Below are positions 13,591 to 24,961 of a stretch of 41,426 nucleotides of DNA, piece by piece. Numbering within the stretch: the stretch's first letter is position 1; each line of letters opens with the position of its first letter. Location of the stretch: positions 95,255,672 through 95,297,097 of the forward strand of contig NC_057719.1 in assembly GCF_004010195.1 (NCBI RefSeq), in the 5' to 3' direction. The stretch is from Chiloscyllium plagiosum (Eukaryota). The notes under the pieces are model-generated. The model searched no databases. It saw only the letters and a list, made by a program, of their open reading frames with translations, and was not told the origin of the DNA. The position numbers were made by a program, and so were the translations under genes.

Positions 13591-14159
13591 AGAGGAGATT
13601 TTGTTCAGGGCTCCATTTGAAATGCAGAGCTGTACTTTCATTCTGTTCCACTCTGACAGCTCCAGAAGTGTCAGAGGAAATAAAAACCACATCAGGTCGG
13701 GTGTCTGGTCCTGTACCTGTAGGGCTGGGGGTTGTGGGTGTGGGAGGAGTGTAAGGAAGGCTAGAGGATTGGGTCCAGCGGTGGTTATGGCAGAGATGAT
13801 GAGTTGGGGGTCAGATCCAGCAGCAACAGATGGGGAAGCTGTCACAGGTTGGGTCTAATGTTATGGCAGCACAAAATGATTAGGGTCCTCTGTTTCTGTC
13901 AGTTACAGGGCAGTGGGAGATGAAGAGGGAGGTCAGGTGTGGAGTAGGAGTACATCAGAGCCCAGGGAGCTGTCAGGTCAGGTTCTGGGTGATGTAGCTG
14001 GGAAATACATCAGGTAAGAATGATGTCTGTTTAATAGTCACTCAGGGGTTACATCTAACTTTTCCTGAGTAAATATTTTACTTTGTTTCATCAGAACCCT
14101 CTGAAGTTGCCAGTTTAAATGGAAACATTTCATGGTTTCCTGGTGCAGAGGGTTTTCCC

Positions 14160-16003
14160 AATAGTCTGTGGTAAGGCCTAAACAACATTACAGGATACAA
14201 AATGAAGCAGAGCGAGATAGTGGACAAAGACACATCCTGATGTGCTCAATGCTATCTGTGCTGGATTTGAGCAGAATGCCAGCAGCACGGTGATACATGC
14301 CCCAACAGCCCCAGACACAGCCATTCCCTCGGTCCCTGCTGCAGACGTCAGATCGCTCTTCCTGGAAATCCACCCAAGGCCAGTGAAGGGCCTGGATGGT
14401 GTCCCCAGTCAAACACTCAGATCCTGTGTGAACCAGATAGTGCAGACATTTACCGACATCCTCACCCTCTCCCTCCTACAAGCCAAAGTCCCCACCTGCT
14501 TCAAGAAGACCACCATCATCCCAGTACCATAGAAAACATATGCAATGTGCCTCAATGACTGCCACCCAGTGGCTCTGACCTCCATCATTATGGGATGTTT
14601 TGAGAGGCTGTTCATGTACCACATCAGCTCCAGCCTCTCAGCCTGCCTTGATCCCCGACCGTTTGCCCACCGATGTAACAGGTGCACAGCGGATTGCATA
14701 TCCCTGGCCTCCCATCTGTCCCTGGAACATCTGGACAACAAGGACACACATGTCAGACCCCTGCTCATTGATGACAGCTCTGCCTTCAACACCAAACTTC
14801 CCTCCAGACCGGTCTCAAAACTCTGTAACCTTTGCCCCGTGCAACTGGATCCTTAGCCTCCTGACCCACAGACCACAATCAGTGAAGATAGGCCATATCA
14901 CCTCCTCCACAATAACACTCAACACTGGAGTCCCCCAAGAATGCATCCTCAGTCCCCTACTGTTCTTCCTGTACACCCTCGACTGTGTAGCTAAATTTCA
15001 AACGAGCCCCATCTACAAGTTTGCTGACAACATCACTGTGGCAGGACAGATCTCAAACAGCAAAGAGTCAGAATACAGAAAGGAGTTAGAGGGCTTGGTT
15101 ACGTGGTGCAATGAGAACAACCTCTCTCTCATCAGCAAAACTAAAGAACGGATCATCAACTTTAGGAAGAAAGGAGGAGGACATGCCCTGGTGGAGAAGG
15201 TTGAGAGCATCAGGTTCCTAGGTGAGACAATCACCAACAACTTATACTGGGCTTCCCATGTTGATACAACGGTCAAGAAGGAACAACAACACCTCTTCCT
15301 CCTCAGGTGGCTCAGGAAATTCAGCATGTCCATAAGGACCCTCACCAACCTTTATAGATACACCATTAAGAGCATACTGTCTGGTTCAGAACAGCTTGGT
15401 ATGGCAACAGCTCTGCCCAGGACCATAAGAAACGGCAGAAGGTTGCATGCACAGCCCAGACCATCACGGAAGAGGAGTGTCAGGCAGCATCTGAGGAGCA
15501 TGAGTGTCGGTATTTCGGACATAACCCTGATGAAGCTACACTTTATCAACACTGACATCTCCAGCATCTGCAGTCCTAACTATCTCCCATACCATCACAG
15601 AAGCCTAACCTTCCATCTTTGGACTCTATTTAGATGGTCCGTTGCCTCAGAAAGGCTGTCAACATCATCAAAGACCCATCGCATCTTGGTAATGCTCTCC
15701 TACAGCACCTTCCAGCAGGCAGAAGATACAGAAGCCAGGACACATGAACAAGCAGGTTCAGGAACAGCTTCTTCCCTGCCAATATTAGACTGAGGAACAG
15801 TCTCTCTAACTTCAAATAATGCTGATCTTGTTAATGTTGACCTTTCTTCAGGCACTCCTGTGCAGTGTAACTTGTTTGCCTCGCTCTACCTAAGTACCCT
15901 ATCATCTGTTTGTCCTTATTTGCTATGACCTGCCTGTACTGATGCAAAACAAAGCTTTTCACTGTACTCAGGGACATGTGACTACAATAAATAAAATCAA
16001 ATC
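14160..16003 (+). mobile_element. Rex1/Babar-type non-LTR retrotransposon, degenerate RT, 5' truncated
   Basis: [71 protein letters not shown] and KFADN across shifted frames. Ends caataaataaaatcaaatc. Confidence 0.85.
15473..15590. mobile_element. Decayed PLE pseudo-LTR insertion inside the Rex1-type LINE
   Basis: Minus-strand pseudo-LTR piece plus ctgatga and a + strand tail. TSD accatcac(g/a)gaag at 15460-15472 and 15591-15603. Confidence 0.7.
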
Positions 16004-16333
16004 AGAAAATTCAATTTCCTGGGTGATTCCTACAATGGGGATTCTGTGGAAGTCTTGCGCTGTTCCTACTTAGACTGGAATAATGACTGGTCATCAAAAA
16101 ATCCAGGGCATCTCTGGGATGAAGAAAGAAGAAGCCATTAATTTTTGTTTGTTTGTGTGTTCTCATGATGCTCAGTGAGGATGTGTTGTCATTAGAATCA
16201 GGGTGATAAGCTAGTCAGCATTATTCATTCTTAGGGGTAAAAACAATGACTGCAGATGCTGGAAACCAGATTCTGGATCAGTGGTGCTGGAAGAGCACAG
16301 CAATTCAGGCAGCATCCGAGGACAGGCAAAATC

Positions 16334-16361
16334 GACGTTTCGGGCAAAAGCCCTTCATCAG
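16334..16361 (-). ncRNA. Minimal hammerhead ribozyme motif in the PLE pseudo-LTR
   Basis: Reverse complement ctgatga-a-gggc-tttt-gccc-gaaac-gtc: intact core, 4-bp stem II, palindromic acgt stem III, GUC triplet. Confidence 0.72.
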
Positions 16362-17043
16362 GAATAAAGGCAGAGAGACTGAAGCGTGGAGAGATAAGCT
16401 AGAGGAGGGTGGGGGTGGGGAGAGAGTGGCATAGAGTACAATAGGTCAGTGGGGAAGGAGATGAAGGTGATAGGTCAGGGAGGAGAGGGTGGAGTGGATA
16501 GGTGGAAAACGAGCTGGGCAGGTCGGACAAGTCCGGACAGGTCAAGGGGACAGTGCGGAGCTGCAAGTTTGAAACTAGGATGAGGTGGGGGAAGGGGAAA
16601 TGAGGAAACTGTTAAAATCCACATTGATGCCCTGGGGTTGAAGTGTTCCGAGGCGGAAGATGAGGCGTTCTTCCTCCAGGCACCTGGTGGTGAGGGAGCG
16701 GCGGTGGAGGAGGCCCAGCACCTCCATATCCTCGGCAGAGTGGGAGGGGGAGTTGAAATGTTGAGCCACGGGGCGATTTGGTGGATTGGTGCGGGTGTCT
16801 CGGAGATGTTCCCTAAAGCGCTCTGCTAGGAGGCGTCCAGTCTCCCCAATGTAGAGGAGACCGCATCGGGAGCAACGGATACAATAGATGATATTAGTGG
16901 ATGTGCAGGTAAAACTTTGATGGATGTGGAAAGCTCCAATGGGGCCATGGATAGAGGAGAGGGAGGTGATGTGGGCGCAGGTTTTACAGTTCCTGCGGTG
17001 GCAGGGGAAAGCGCCAGGATGGGAGGGTGGGCCGTAGGGGGGC

Positions 17044-17329
17044 NNNNNNNNNNNNNNNNNNNNNNNNNNNNNNNNNNNNNNNNNNNNNNNNNNNNNNNNN
17101 NNNNNNNNNNNNNNNNNNNNNNNNNNNNNNNNNNNNNNNNNNNNNNNNNNNNNNNNNNNNNNNNNNNNNNNNNNNNNNNNNNNNNNNNNNNNNNNNNNNN
17201 NNNNNNNNNNNNNNNNNNNNNNNNNNNNNNNNNNNNNNNNNNNNNNNNNNNNNNNNNNNNNNNNNNNNNNNNNNNNNNNNNNNNNNNNNNNNNNNNNNNN
17301 NNNNNNNNNNNNNNNNNNNNNNNNNNNNN
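17044..17329. other. Assembly gap
   Basis: Run of N. Confidence 1.
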
Positions 17330-17646
17330 AGTTGATGAATTGCTCAACCTCCTTGCGGGAGCACGAGGTGGCGCCAATGCAGTCATCAATGTAGCGGAGG
17401 AAGAGGTGGGGAGTGGTGCCGGTGTAATTACGGAGGATCAACTGCTCTACGTAGCCAACAAAGAGACAGGCATAGCTGGGGCCCATACGTGTGCCCATGG
17501 CTACCCCTTTGGTCTGGAGGAAGTGGGAGGATTCAAAGGAGAAATTGTTAAGGGTGAGGACCAGTTCGGCCAAACGAATGAGAGTGTCGGTGGAGGGGTA
17601 CTGTTGGGAACGTCTGGAGAGGAAAAAATGGAGGGCTTGGAGGCCC

Positions 17647-18298
17647 TCTTAGTCAGCTCACTCTTTGTTAAGTGAAGAAAACCTGGTTAAATTGGCTCCC
17701 TTTAAAGCAGAAGTTCATTGGGATCGGGGATGCAATGAGCAGTTAATGAAGGCTGTAATGGCCAAGGTCAGTGACAGTCACAAGATTATGGGGGTAATGT
17801 GTTTGGATTTCCAGGACACATTTGATAAGATGCTGCACCAAGGACTTTTGTGGAAATGAAAAACTCAAGGTATAAAGGGAAACTTTTGGCACAGATAAAA
17901 GATAGATTATCTACCAGGGAACAGATTATGTCTAATTGGGTCATTTTCTGCTTGACAAGATGTAATGATTGTTGTGTTGCAGGGTGATTGAAGAAATACG
18001 TACTGTTGAAAATGTCACTGATTTGATTGTTGTCAGCCAAACTACTCCTGGGAGAAACATTTATTGGGATGTCAAGGATATGTCAAATTGCTAAAGTGCC
18101 AGGTGATTAGGAATGAACTAGCTCCCCTTCTTTATTCACTCACTCCCGTGGCTCCATGTAGACAAGGTTAATTGAAAAACAGGAGTCTTCCTTTGTGGAG
18201 CTTTCTCCCCGATCCCACTGAACTTCTGCTTTAAAGGGAGCCAATTTAACCAGGTTTTTATGACTTAACAAAGAGTGGGCTTACTAAGAATGAATAAT
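17647..18298. repeat. About 95-bp inverted repeat enclosing a decayed CR1 RT fragment
   Basis: 16220-16234 plus 17653-17730 is the reverse complement of 18205-18298. The spacer encodes VMCLDFQDTFDKMLHQGLLWK (DFxKAFDKV-like). Confidence 0.75.
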
Positions 18299-18379
18299 TC
18301 CACTCACCTACAAATACATTAGAAATGAGAAGAGAGTCCAAATAAACACTGATAAACAGATCAGTCTCTGAACTGTCAG

Positions 18380-18540
18380 ATTATAACAAGGTCAGCCAGG
18401 TGGGCCTCATAGAATAGGAGTTCCCTGATTGGGGCTGTTAATCTGGTCCAATCAGGATCCTGGCTGACAGATAGAAACAGAGTGTCAGAAGTGCTGTTCA
18501 CACTGAGAGCTGGCTCTGAGTCAAGGATCTCCATTTGTGC
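18380..18540 (+). mobile_element. Possible degenerate LTR fragment
   Basis: Inverted CCAAT pair (ctgattgg..ccaatcag) followed by a decayed TATA-like box. It resembles LTR-type repeats, but no termini are seen. Confidence 0.3.
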
Positions 18541-18892
18541 CAGGGAGGGGACTGACTCTGAGCGAGCTGGTCACACAGTCAGTGTGTACTGCTGCTGTTA
18601 GTTTCTGCTTTTTGGGGAACCTGATTCCTAAACTGGCATTCCTTTTTATTAAGGACTGATTTTTAAACTGCCTGATCTAGACAGTCAGTGTGTTTCAGGT
18701 ATAACTCAGTTCTCATTAAGGAACTGCTGTTTCACTGGCTGGTTACAGCCTGTGTGTTATTCTTTTTCTCTTTCCTTTGAGAAAAGGACAATGTTGATTT
18801 TGTGGTAGGGCTTAGCCCTTGCATTCTACCTTTCTTCTTTTTGAATGTTTTTTCAGTATTTGGGCTGAGCCCCTGTGAGAAAACACATCTTT

Positions 18893-19221
18893 TAGATTAG
18901 ATTAGATTAGATTAGATTACTTACAGTGTGGAAACAGGCCCTTCGGCCCAACAAGTCCACACCGACCCGCCGAAGCGCAACCCACCCATTCCCCTACATT
19001 TACCCCTTTAACCTAACACTACAGGCAATTTAGCATGGCCAATTCATCTGACCCAGCACATCTTTGGACTGTGGGAGGAAACCGGAGCACCCGGAGGAAA
19101 CCCACGCAGACTCTGGGAGAATGTGCAAACTCCACACAGTCAGTCGCCTGAGTCGGGAATTGAACCCGGGTCTCTGGCGCTGTGAGGCAGCAGTGCTAAC
19201 CACTGTGCCACCGTGCCGCCC
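18893..19221 (-). mobile_element. tRNA-derived SINE (HE1-type), young
   Basis: Reverse complement gggcggcacggtggcacagtggttagc..gggttcaattcc, with retained CpGs and a (taatc)5 tail. Confidence 0.92.
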
Positions 19222-19724
19222 ACTTTTTGCTGGAAACTACAGGGCAGAACACTGGGCAAAGCCAAGATTGGACTTGGCTGCCCCTGTGTAACAGCTCTAC
19301 TGACATTTCTTGTGTGGGCTGATATGAAGATTGCTCACTTGATTGAGGTACCAAAGCAGTAAAGGTTGCCAGGAAAAGATGCCCAAAAAGCAGTCACTAC
19401 CTGCGCAATCTCAGGCGTAACTCTGCCAAATAAAATACGCCAGCCTGCTATTTTCCATAGGGAATGACCAAGGGTTCATTGCTGACATATTAGCTTGTGA
19501 ATGTTGAGGGTAGTCAAGTCAGTCGTTTCAGCAATGTGGTTTAACTCACAAAGTTGACCTGGATACTTCCCATAATCAATGACAAAAGGAAGCAGTCACA
19601 ACCACTGGTTAATTTCTGCTATCAAGACTACCCATAAGAAATTTATACATTAAAATCTAGAAATTCAAAAAAAATTCTTATAATGAATGGCTTAATTCTG
19701 ATTTCACAGCCCAAAAAGCAGTTA

Positions 19725-20147
19725 TCATTTACTTCCCAGATGTTCAAGACCAGCCTTCTGCTGCTCTCTCCATCTCATGATCAACTCCAACAGTTCCTTC
19801 AGCTCCAGAATGTCGGATACCATTTTGGCAACAAGATTTTCCATTATCTTTACTTTCTTGGTCACCTGAGGAATGGTATTTATCAGCTCCAGATTGGAGT
19901 CCAGTTTCTCAATGAAATTAACCATCATGGGCAAGATTTCAGAGACATACCTGTGACAATTGGCTTCAACAGGTAGACACTGATGGCAAATAGGCTGTAC
20001 TAACCGCAGCTTCAGCAACACTGTCTCCTGCAAGATCGCCTCCAAGTGGCTGTTCATCGACTGAAGCTGACTGTACTTCTCAGCCAAACACACTGGGTGG
20101 GCAATATCTGCGGTGTCATTCTGCAATTTCAGCAGCTTCAACTCTAG
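19725..20147 (-). CDS. HAUS2: HAUS augmin-like complex subunit 2-like, intronless and N-terminally truncated (probable retrocopy; function uncertain)
   Basis: LELKLLKLQNDTADIAHPVCLAEKYSQLQSMNSHLEAIL..LRLVQPICHQCLPVEANCHRY..FIEKLDSNLELI..WREQQ is colinear with vertebrate HAUS2 as recalled (LEIELLKLEKDTADVVHP..LQSMNNHLEAVL..LPIEAVYHRY..WRKQQ). No internal stop or frameshift over 140 codons. There is an upstream in-frame TAA at 20151-20153 and no native ATG. Confidence 0.85.
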   Translation of the reverse strand, partial: LELKLLKLQNDTADIAHPVCLAEKYSQLQSMNSHLEAILQETVLLKLRLVQPICHQCLPVEANCHRYVSEILPMMVNFIEKLDSNLELINTIPQVTKKVKIMENLVAKMVSDILELKELLELIMRWREQQKAGLEHLGSK

Positions 20148-20444
20148 AAATTAGGTTCCCTACAGTGTGGAAACAAGCCCTTCAGCCCAACAGGTCCACA
20201 CCGACCCTCCGAAGAGTAACCCATCCAGACCCATTCCCATCCGACTAATGCACCTAACACTATGGGCAATTCACCTGACCTGCACATCTTTGTGACTGTT
20301 GGAGGAAACCACTGCACCCAGAGAAAACCCACACAGACACAGGGAGAATGTGCAAACTCCACACAGTCACCTGAGACAGGTATCGAATCTAGCTCCCTGG
20401 TGCTGTGAGGCGGCAGTGCTAGCCACTGAGCTACCATGCCACCC
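20148..20444 (-). mobile_element. tRNA-derived SINE (HE1-type)
   Basis: A box ggtagctcagtgg and CR1-like 3' part, colinear with the copy at 18893. Its tail abuts the HAUS2-like frame. Confidence 0.88.
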
Positions 20445-20494
20445 CAGATAAACTAGCCCTATATGGGTAGGCCTAGCTAGGTGACTAGGCCTCT

Positions 20495-20912
20495 GTAAAG
20501 ACTGAACACCTGTGTGCGTGCTGGAGATGATCAATTGCTGCATCCTGGAGTGGATTCTGCCTTTGGGAGTGGACCAAACTCCTGTGAGTTAACTGAACCT
20601 TTACAATGTACTGTGTTCCTGAGAGTGGGCCTGTCTCTCTGTGGATGAGCCAGGATTCTATAGAGACTGAACACCTGTGTGCTGTGGGGTGTGGTTTTGC
20701 TGCCTTCAGGAGTGGATTCTGCCCTTGGTTGTGGACTCTGTTTTTAGTAATGGATTCTGCAGTTTGGAGTTGACTCTATTTCTGACAATGCACTTTGTAT
20801 ACTGGATTGGACTCTGTTCCTGGGAATGGACTCTGCTTTTTGAAGAGAATTGTTTATGGTAATGGACTATGTGTACCAGAAAGGGCTCTGTTTATTGGTA
20901 ATTGACTCTGTC
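20495..20912. repeat. Degenerate minisatellite, about 19-bp unit ggagtggactctg-like
   Basis: Recurrent gagtggattctg, gtggactctg and aatggactctg. Higher-order duplication of agactgaacacctgtgtgc at about 20499 and 20664. Confidence 0.6.
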
Positions 20913-20936
20913 TTGTTGCTTGTTGGGTTTATCACC

Positions 20937-21035
20937 TTCTGGATTAGTGGTGCTGGAAGAGCACAGCAGTTCAGGCAGCATCCAAGGAGCTTCGAAATCG
21001 ACATTTTGGGCAAAAGTGTATCAGGAATAAAGGCA
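20937..21035 (-). mobile_element. PLE pseudo-LTR fragment, same family as 16235
   Basis: ttctggattagtggtgctggaagagcacagc..atcaggaataaaggcag matches 16271-16373. Confidence 0.8.
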
Positions 21036-21074
21036 GTGTGTCCCTGGGTCTGGCAGGCCTCCCTGTGAGCTGGG

Positions 21075-21295
21075 AGGCTCATAGGTCGTCCTTAAAGCTG
21101 TCAACCTGAGAGCCGGAGGGTGGGTAGGCCGTCCTGTAAACCTGAAGGTTGGTAGGCTGTCCTGATGCCAGTCGCCCCGAGAGCCCCAAGGTGGGTAGGC
21201 CGTTCTGAGCGCTGTCATCCTGAGAAGGGGTAATCAGGATGGGCTGTCCTAGAGATGGTGTGTCAGAGCGGCCGAGAGCCCCAAGGTGGGTTGGG
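21075..21295. repeat. GC/CpG-rich degenerate repeat (ggtgggtaggccgtcct-like)
   Basis: About five imperfect copies. gagagccccaaggtgggt occurs twice. Confidence 0.55.
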
Positions 21296-22265
21296 GAAGG
21301 CTTGTGGGCTGCCGTGCCTAAACAGTGATCTGTTTCATTTTGGACAAAACCATTTCATTAGCATTACTTCAGACTTTTAGGGAATGAAATCATTTTGGCT
21401 TACTTTGTGTGAGCCATGTGTGATTCCAATGCACAGCAATGTGGTTTATATAGTTTACTACTTTCTGAGTGTGCCTCACCAGGCAGCAATTTTACAAAGC
21501 TGTGAGATTAAAGTAATTGTGCAAGGCATCAGGTTCAGTCACAATAGGGGAACACCCGGCTTCATCAATAGTCCTGCTCAAAGTATCCTGTCTTACAGAT
21601 AATATCCCAGACTGTACCATCACTCTCCTGGCTATGCCAAATTTCCTGTCAAAATCTTATGAACTTGAGCCCCTTCCTGAAACATGCTACAACTCAGCAC
21701 TGTATTAACTACAGGGTTGTACACTGTTATCTGTTGAAACAGCAGAGAGCACGATGTTTGCATCACAGCAGTTGCAAATACTTGGAAGATGGAATTTAAA
21801 TATAAAACAGGCACCAAGTGACAATGGTAGGGTAAGTGTCCATTATCTGACTTCAGTGGACAAGGAATCAGTGACTTTGTTTATGGATGGTCAATTTTTC
21901 ACTACTATTTCATGCCTTTGTGAACACTGAATTTCACTCTGTGCATATTTTCATAATCATTGTCATTGGTAAATTAATATAAAAAATTTTCCAATCAATT
22001 CCAACTGGTTCAGTTCTTTCTGAAGTATAATTAGTACCATTGAGAGTCGTTTATATCAGCAACAGAATCCATATTGAAAGTTATTTAATACCCTGCCTTG
22101 TCATGATTGTGCAGTTACTTTAAAGTTATTGCTTTTGTGAACAGTGGTGAGTTTTCTTTAGATATAAAATATATTTGTAAACTTGTCAAAGCATAAAGTG
22201 TATCTCCCAGAAAAGTGAGCAGTTCAAAATATAGAATTGAATTTAATTCTCATCCACTTTCACTG

Positions 22266-22340
22266 AATAAACCTATTTGACTAGCTTAGTAATAAACCTA
22301 TTTGACTAGCTTAGTAATAAATCTATTTGACTAGCTTGGT
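22266..22340. repeat. Tandem repeat, 3 x 25 bp
   Basis: aataaacctatttgactagcttagt three times; the third copy has 2 mismatches. Confidence 0.92.
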
Positions 22341-22894
22341 TTTGTACGGAAACTAAGCATGAAAATGAAAATTCTTGTGCCTATTATGCAACAGCAGGGA
22401 CATGATAAGACAGAATGCTAATGGTTTGAAAGACCAGGGGAACACCCTTTTGGAATTCCATTGGTCAATTCAATTCTGCAATTCTATCAGAACAAAGGCA
22501 CAAACCATGGTTCAAATATGTGGGGGTAGAGCTGGGAAAATTTGGGTAGGTCAAGTGTCAGAACACAGCTTCCACACATGAATAGCTGTTGTACACAAGG
22601 TCATACTGTTGATGATTAGAAACAGAAGGGAATAAATTAGTAAAAGAGCTGAGCAGAACCCAACAACAATGATACAGCTGTTTGGGAAGAGCTGGTTAGG
22701 AGTGTTACTTCCATAATACCAAGAAGTCCCTTGCAATGAGTAATGATCTCAGAGTTGTCAAAGGCAAATGCATGGTCATGAACATAACCATACACTTGCT
22801 GCAATATGGAGACGCAGGAAAAAGGTTCCCTTTCTTATTCTTCAAGCAACTCCTTTTTAAGAGCAAGAGCAGACCTGGGGGTGACAGGGAACAG

Positions 22895-23113
22895 AGCTGA
22901 AAATGTGTTGCTGGAAAAGCGCAGCAGGTCAGGCAGCATCCAGGGAACAGGAGAATCGACGTTTCGGGCATAAGCCCTTCTTCAGCCCGTCAGCTTATGC
23001 CCGAAACGTCGATTCTCCTGTTCCCTGGATGCTGCCTGACCTGCTGCACTTTTCCAGCAACACATTTTCAGCTCTGATCTCCAGCATCTGCAGTCCTCAC
23101 TTTCTCCTCAAAA
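22895..23113. mobile_element. Inverted-dimer PLE pseudo-LTR element (family A)
   Basis: Inverted arms around 22988. Intact minus-strand hammerhead ctgaagaagggcttatgcccgaaacgtc at 22958-22985. Exact 14-bp TSD gtgacagggaacag at 22881-22894 and 23114-23127. Confidence 0.88.
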
Positions 23114-23254
23114 GTGACAGGGAACAGGCATCAGGTAACATGTAACATCGGGCAGATATCCCCAGATAGTGGTGTTCTATGTCAGTCTGAAAACGTACAC
23201 AGCAGACAGTTGGGTTCTTGCTGAGACTTGATGCTTATTAACAATGCAATCCAT

Positions 23255-24960
23255 TTATATTAATCTGGTTTGGCAAGGGGGTGGGAACCAGAGCTACATA
23301 TCTGAGAGGTGGGTATTTGTAGAAGGGACAGTGACAGGATGTAGTGAACCTATCGGGAAGATTTTTACACATGATGAAACAAAGGGATCGGTTAAAGTGT
23401 GTCTGCTTTAACACAAGGAGTGTCAGAAATAAGAGTGATGAACTTAAAGCATGGATCAGTACTTGGGGCTACGATGTTGTGACCATAACGGAGACATGGA
23501 TTTCACAGGGGCAGGAATGGTTGCTTGATATTCCAGGGTTTGGAACATTTAAAAAGAACAGGGAGGGACGAAAAAGAGGAGGGAGTTTAGCATTGCCAGT
23601 CAGAGAGTGCATCACAACTCCAGAAACAAAGGTTGTTGAGGAAGGTTTGTCTACTGAGTCAGTATGGGTGGAAGTTGGGAACAGCCAGCTCATTGGGGGT
23701 TTTCTGCAGACCACCCAATAGCAGTAGAGAGATTGAAGAACTCATAGGCGGCAAATTTTGGAAAGATGCAGATATCGCAGGGTTATTGTTATGGGTGATT
23801 TCAACTTTCCCAATATTGACTGGAACCTCCTAAGTGCAGATGGTTTGGATGGAGCCGTTTTGTCAGATGTGTTCAGGAGGGTTTCCTTACTCAGTACGTA
23901 GACAGGCCGATGAGGGAGAGGCCATTTTGGAGCCAGGTCAGGTGTCAGATCTCGCAGTGGGAGAACATGTTGGTGACAGTGACCACAACTGCCTCGCATT
24001 TAGCATAGCCTTGGAGAGGGAAAGCAGCAGTTACCGAGGGAAGATATTTAATTGGGGAAAAGGAAATTATGATGCTATCAGACAACAGTTGGAAAGTACA
24101 GACTGGGAGCAATTGTTCCACAGAAAGGGCACAGCAGACATGTGGAGACTGTTTAAAGAGCAGTTGTTGCGAGTGATGCACAAATTTGTTCCTTTAAGAC
24201 AGGTAAGAAGGGGTAAGATTAAGGATGACGAGAACAGAGGAACTTCTCGTCAAAAGGAAGAAGGCAGCTTACGTAAGGTGGAGGATGCAAGGATCTAGCA
24301 CAGCTTTAGAGGATTACAGGCTTGCTTGAAAGGAGCTCAGAAAGGGACTGAGGAGAGCCAGGAGAGGGCACAATAAAGGCTTGGCAAGAAGGATTAGGGA
24401 GAACCCAAAGGCATTTTACTCATATGTAAGGAATAAGAGAATGATCAGGGAGAAGGTAGGGCCGATCAGGGATAGTGGAGGGAACTTGTGCGTGGAGTCT
24501 GAGCAGATAGGGGAAGCCCTAAATGAGTTTTTTGCTTCAGTTTTCACTAAGGAAAGGGAATTTGTTGTGAATGAGAACTTTAAGGAGCTGAGAACCAGGC
24601 TTGACCAGATCAAGATTGATGAAGTTGATACTCTGGAAATTTTGGCAAACATTAAGATTGATAAGTCCCCAGGGCCAGACCAGATTTATCCTAGGCTGCT
24701 CCGGGAAGCGAGAAAGGAGGTTACTAAGCTGCTGGCGAAGATCTTTGCCTCCTCACTCTCCACGGGAGTTGTACCCGGGGATTGGAAGGAGGCGAATGTT
24801 GTTCCTCTTTTCAAGAAGGGGAATAGGGAAATCCCTGGCAATTACAGACCAGCCAGTCTTACGTCAGCAAGGTTTTGGAAAGAATTCTGAGGGATAGGAT
24901 TTATGACTATTTGGAAAAGCATAGCGTCATTAAACACAGTCAGCATGGCTTTGTGAGGAG
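23255..24960 (+). mobile_element. CR1 LINE ORF2 fragment (APE endonuclease to RT N-terminus), 3' truncated
   Basis: LKCVCFNTRSVRNK..TITETW, MGDFNFPNIDW, GDSDHN, KSPGPDQIYPRLL, WKEANVVPLFKKG..NYRP and QHGF, with frameshifts. Confidence 0.92.
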
Positions 24961-24961
24961 C

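Larger units (their letters stand above)
16235..17646 (-). mobile_element. Penelope-like element (Neptune-type): RT plus GIY-YIG, 5' truncated, spans an N gap
   Basis: ORF 16575-17573 has QTKGVAMGTRMGPSYACLFV, RYIDDCI, Cys linker CHRRNCKTC and NIIYCIRCSRCGLLYIGETGR. 3' pseudo-LTR with hammerhead and tail. tcttag is duplicated at 16229-16234 and 17647-17652. Confidence 0.92.

Noticed and set aside
14600..15793. 397-aa ORF as a host gene
   Set aside because: It is a chimeric read-through of a decayed Rex1-type RT (FADN instead of FADD) and an inserted PLE fragment.
18893..19221. tRNA genes at SINE heads
   Set aside because: The A and B boxes run into a SINE body and CR1-like tail, and no complete cloverleaf is evident.
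21590..21655. Possible HAUS2 N-terminal exon (VMVQSGILS) on minus
   Set aside because: Only a short resemblance, with no NPWDP motif and a stop just upstream.
22266..22340. CRISPR-like direct repeats
   Set aside because: The units are contiguous with no spacers, the context is eukaryotic, and there are no cas genes.
22480..22860. Possible Gypsy protease remnant (LFGKSWL)
   Set aside because: A single weak motif among stops, with no other LTR-element motifs.
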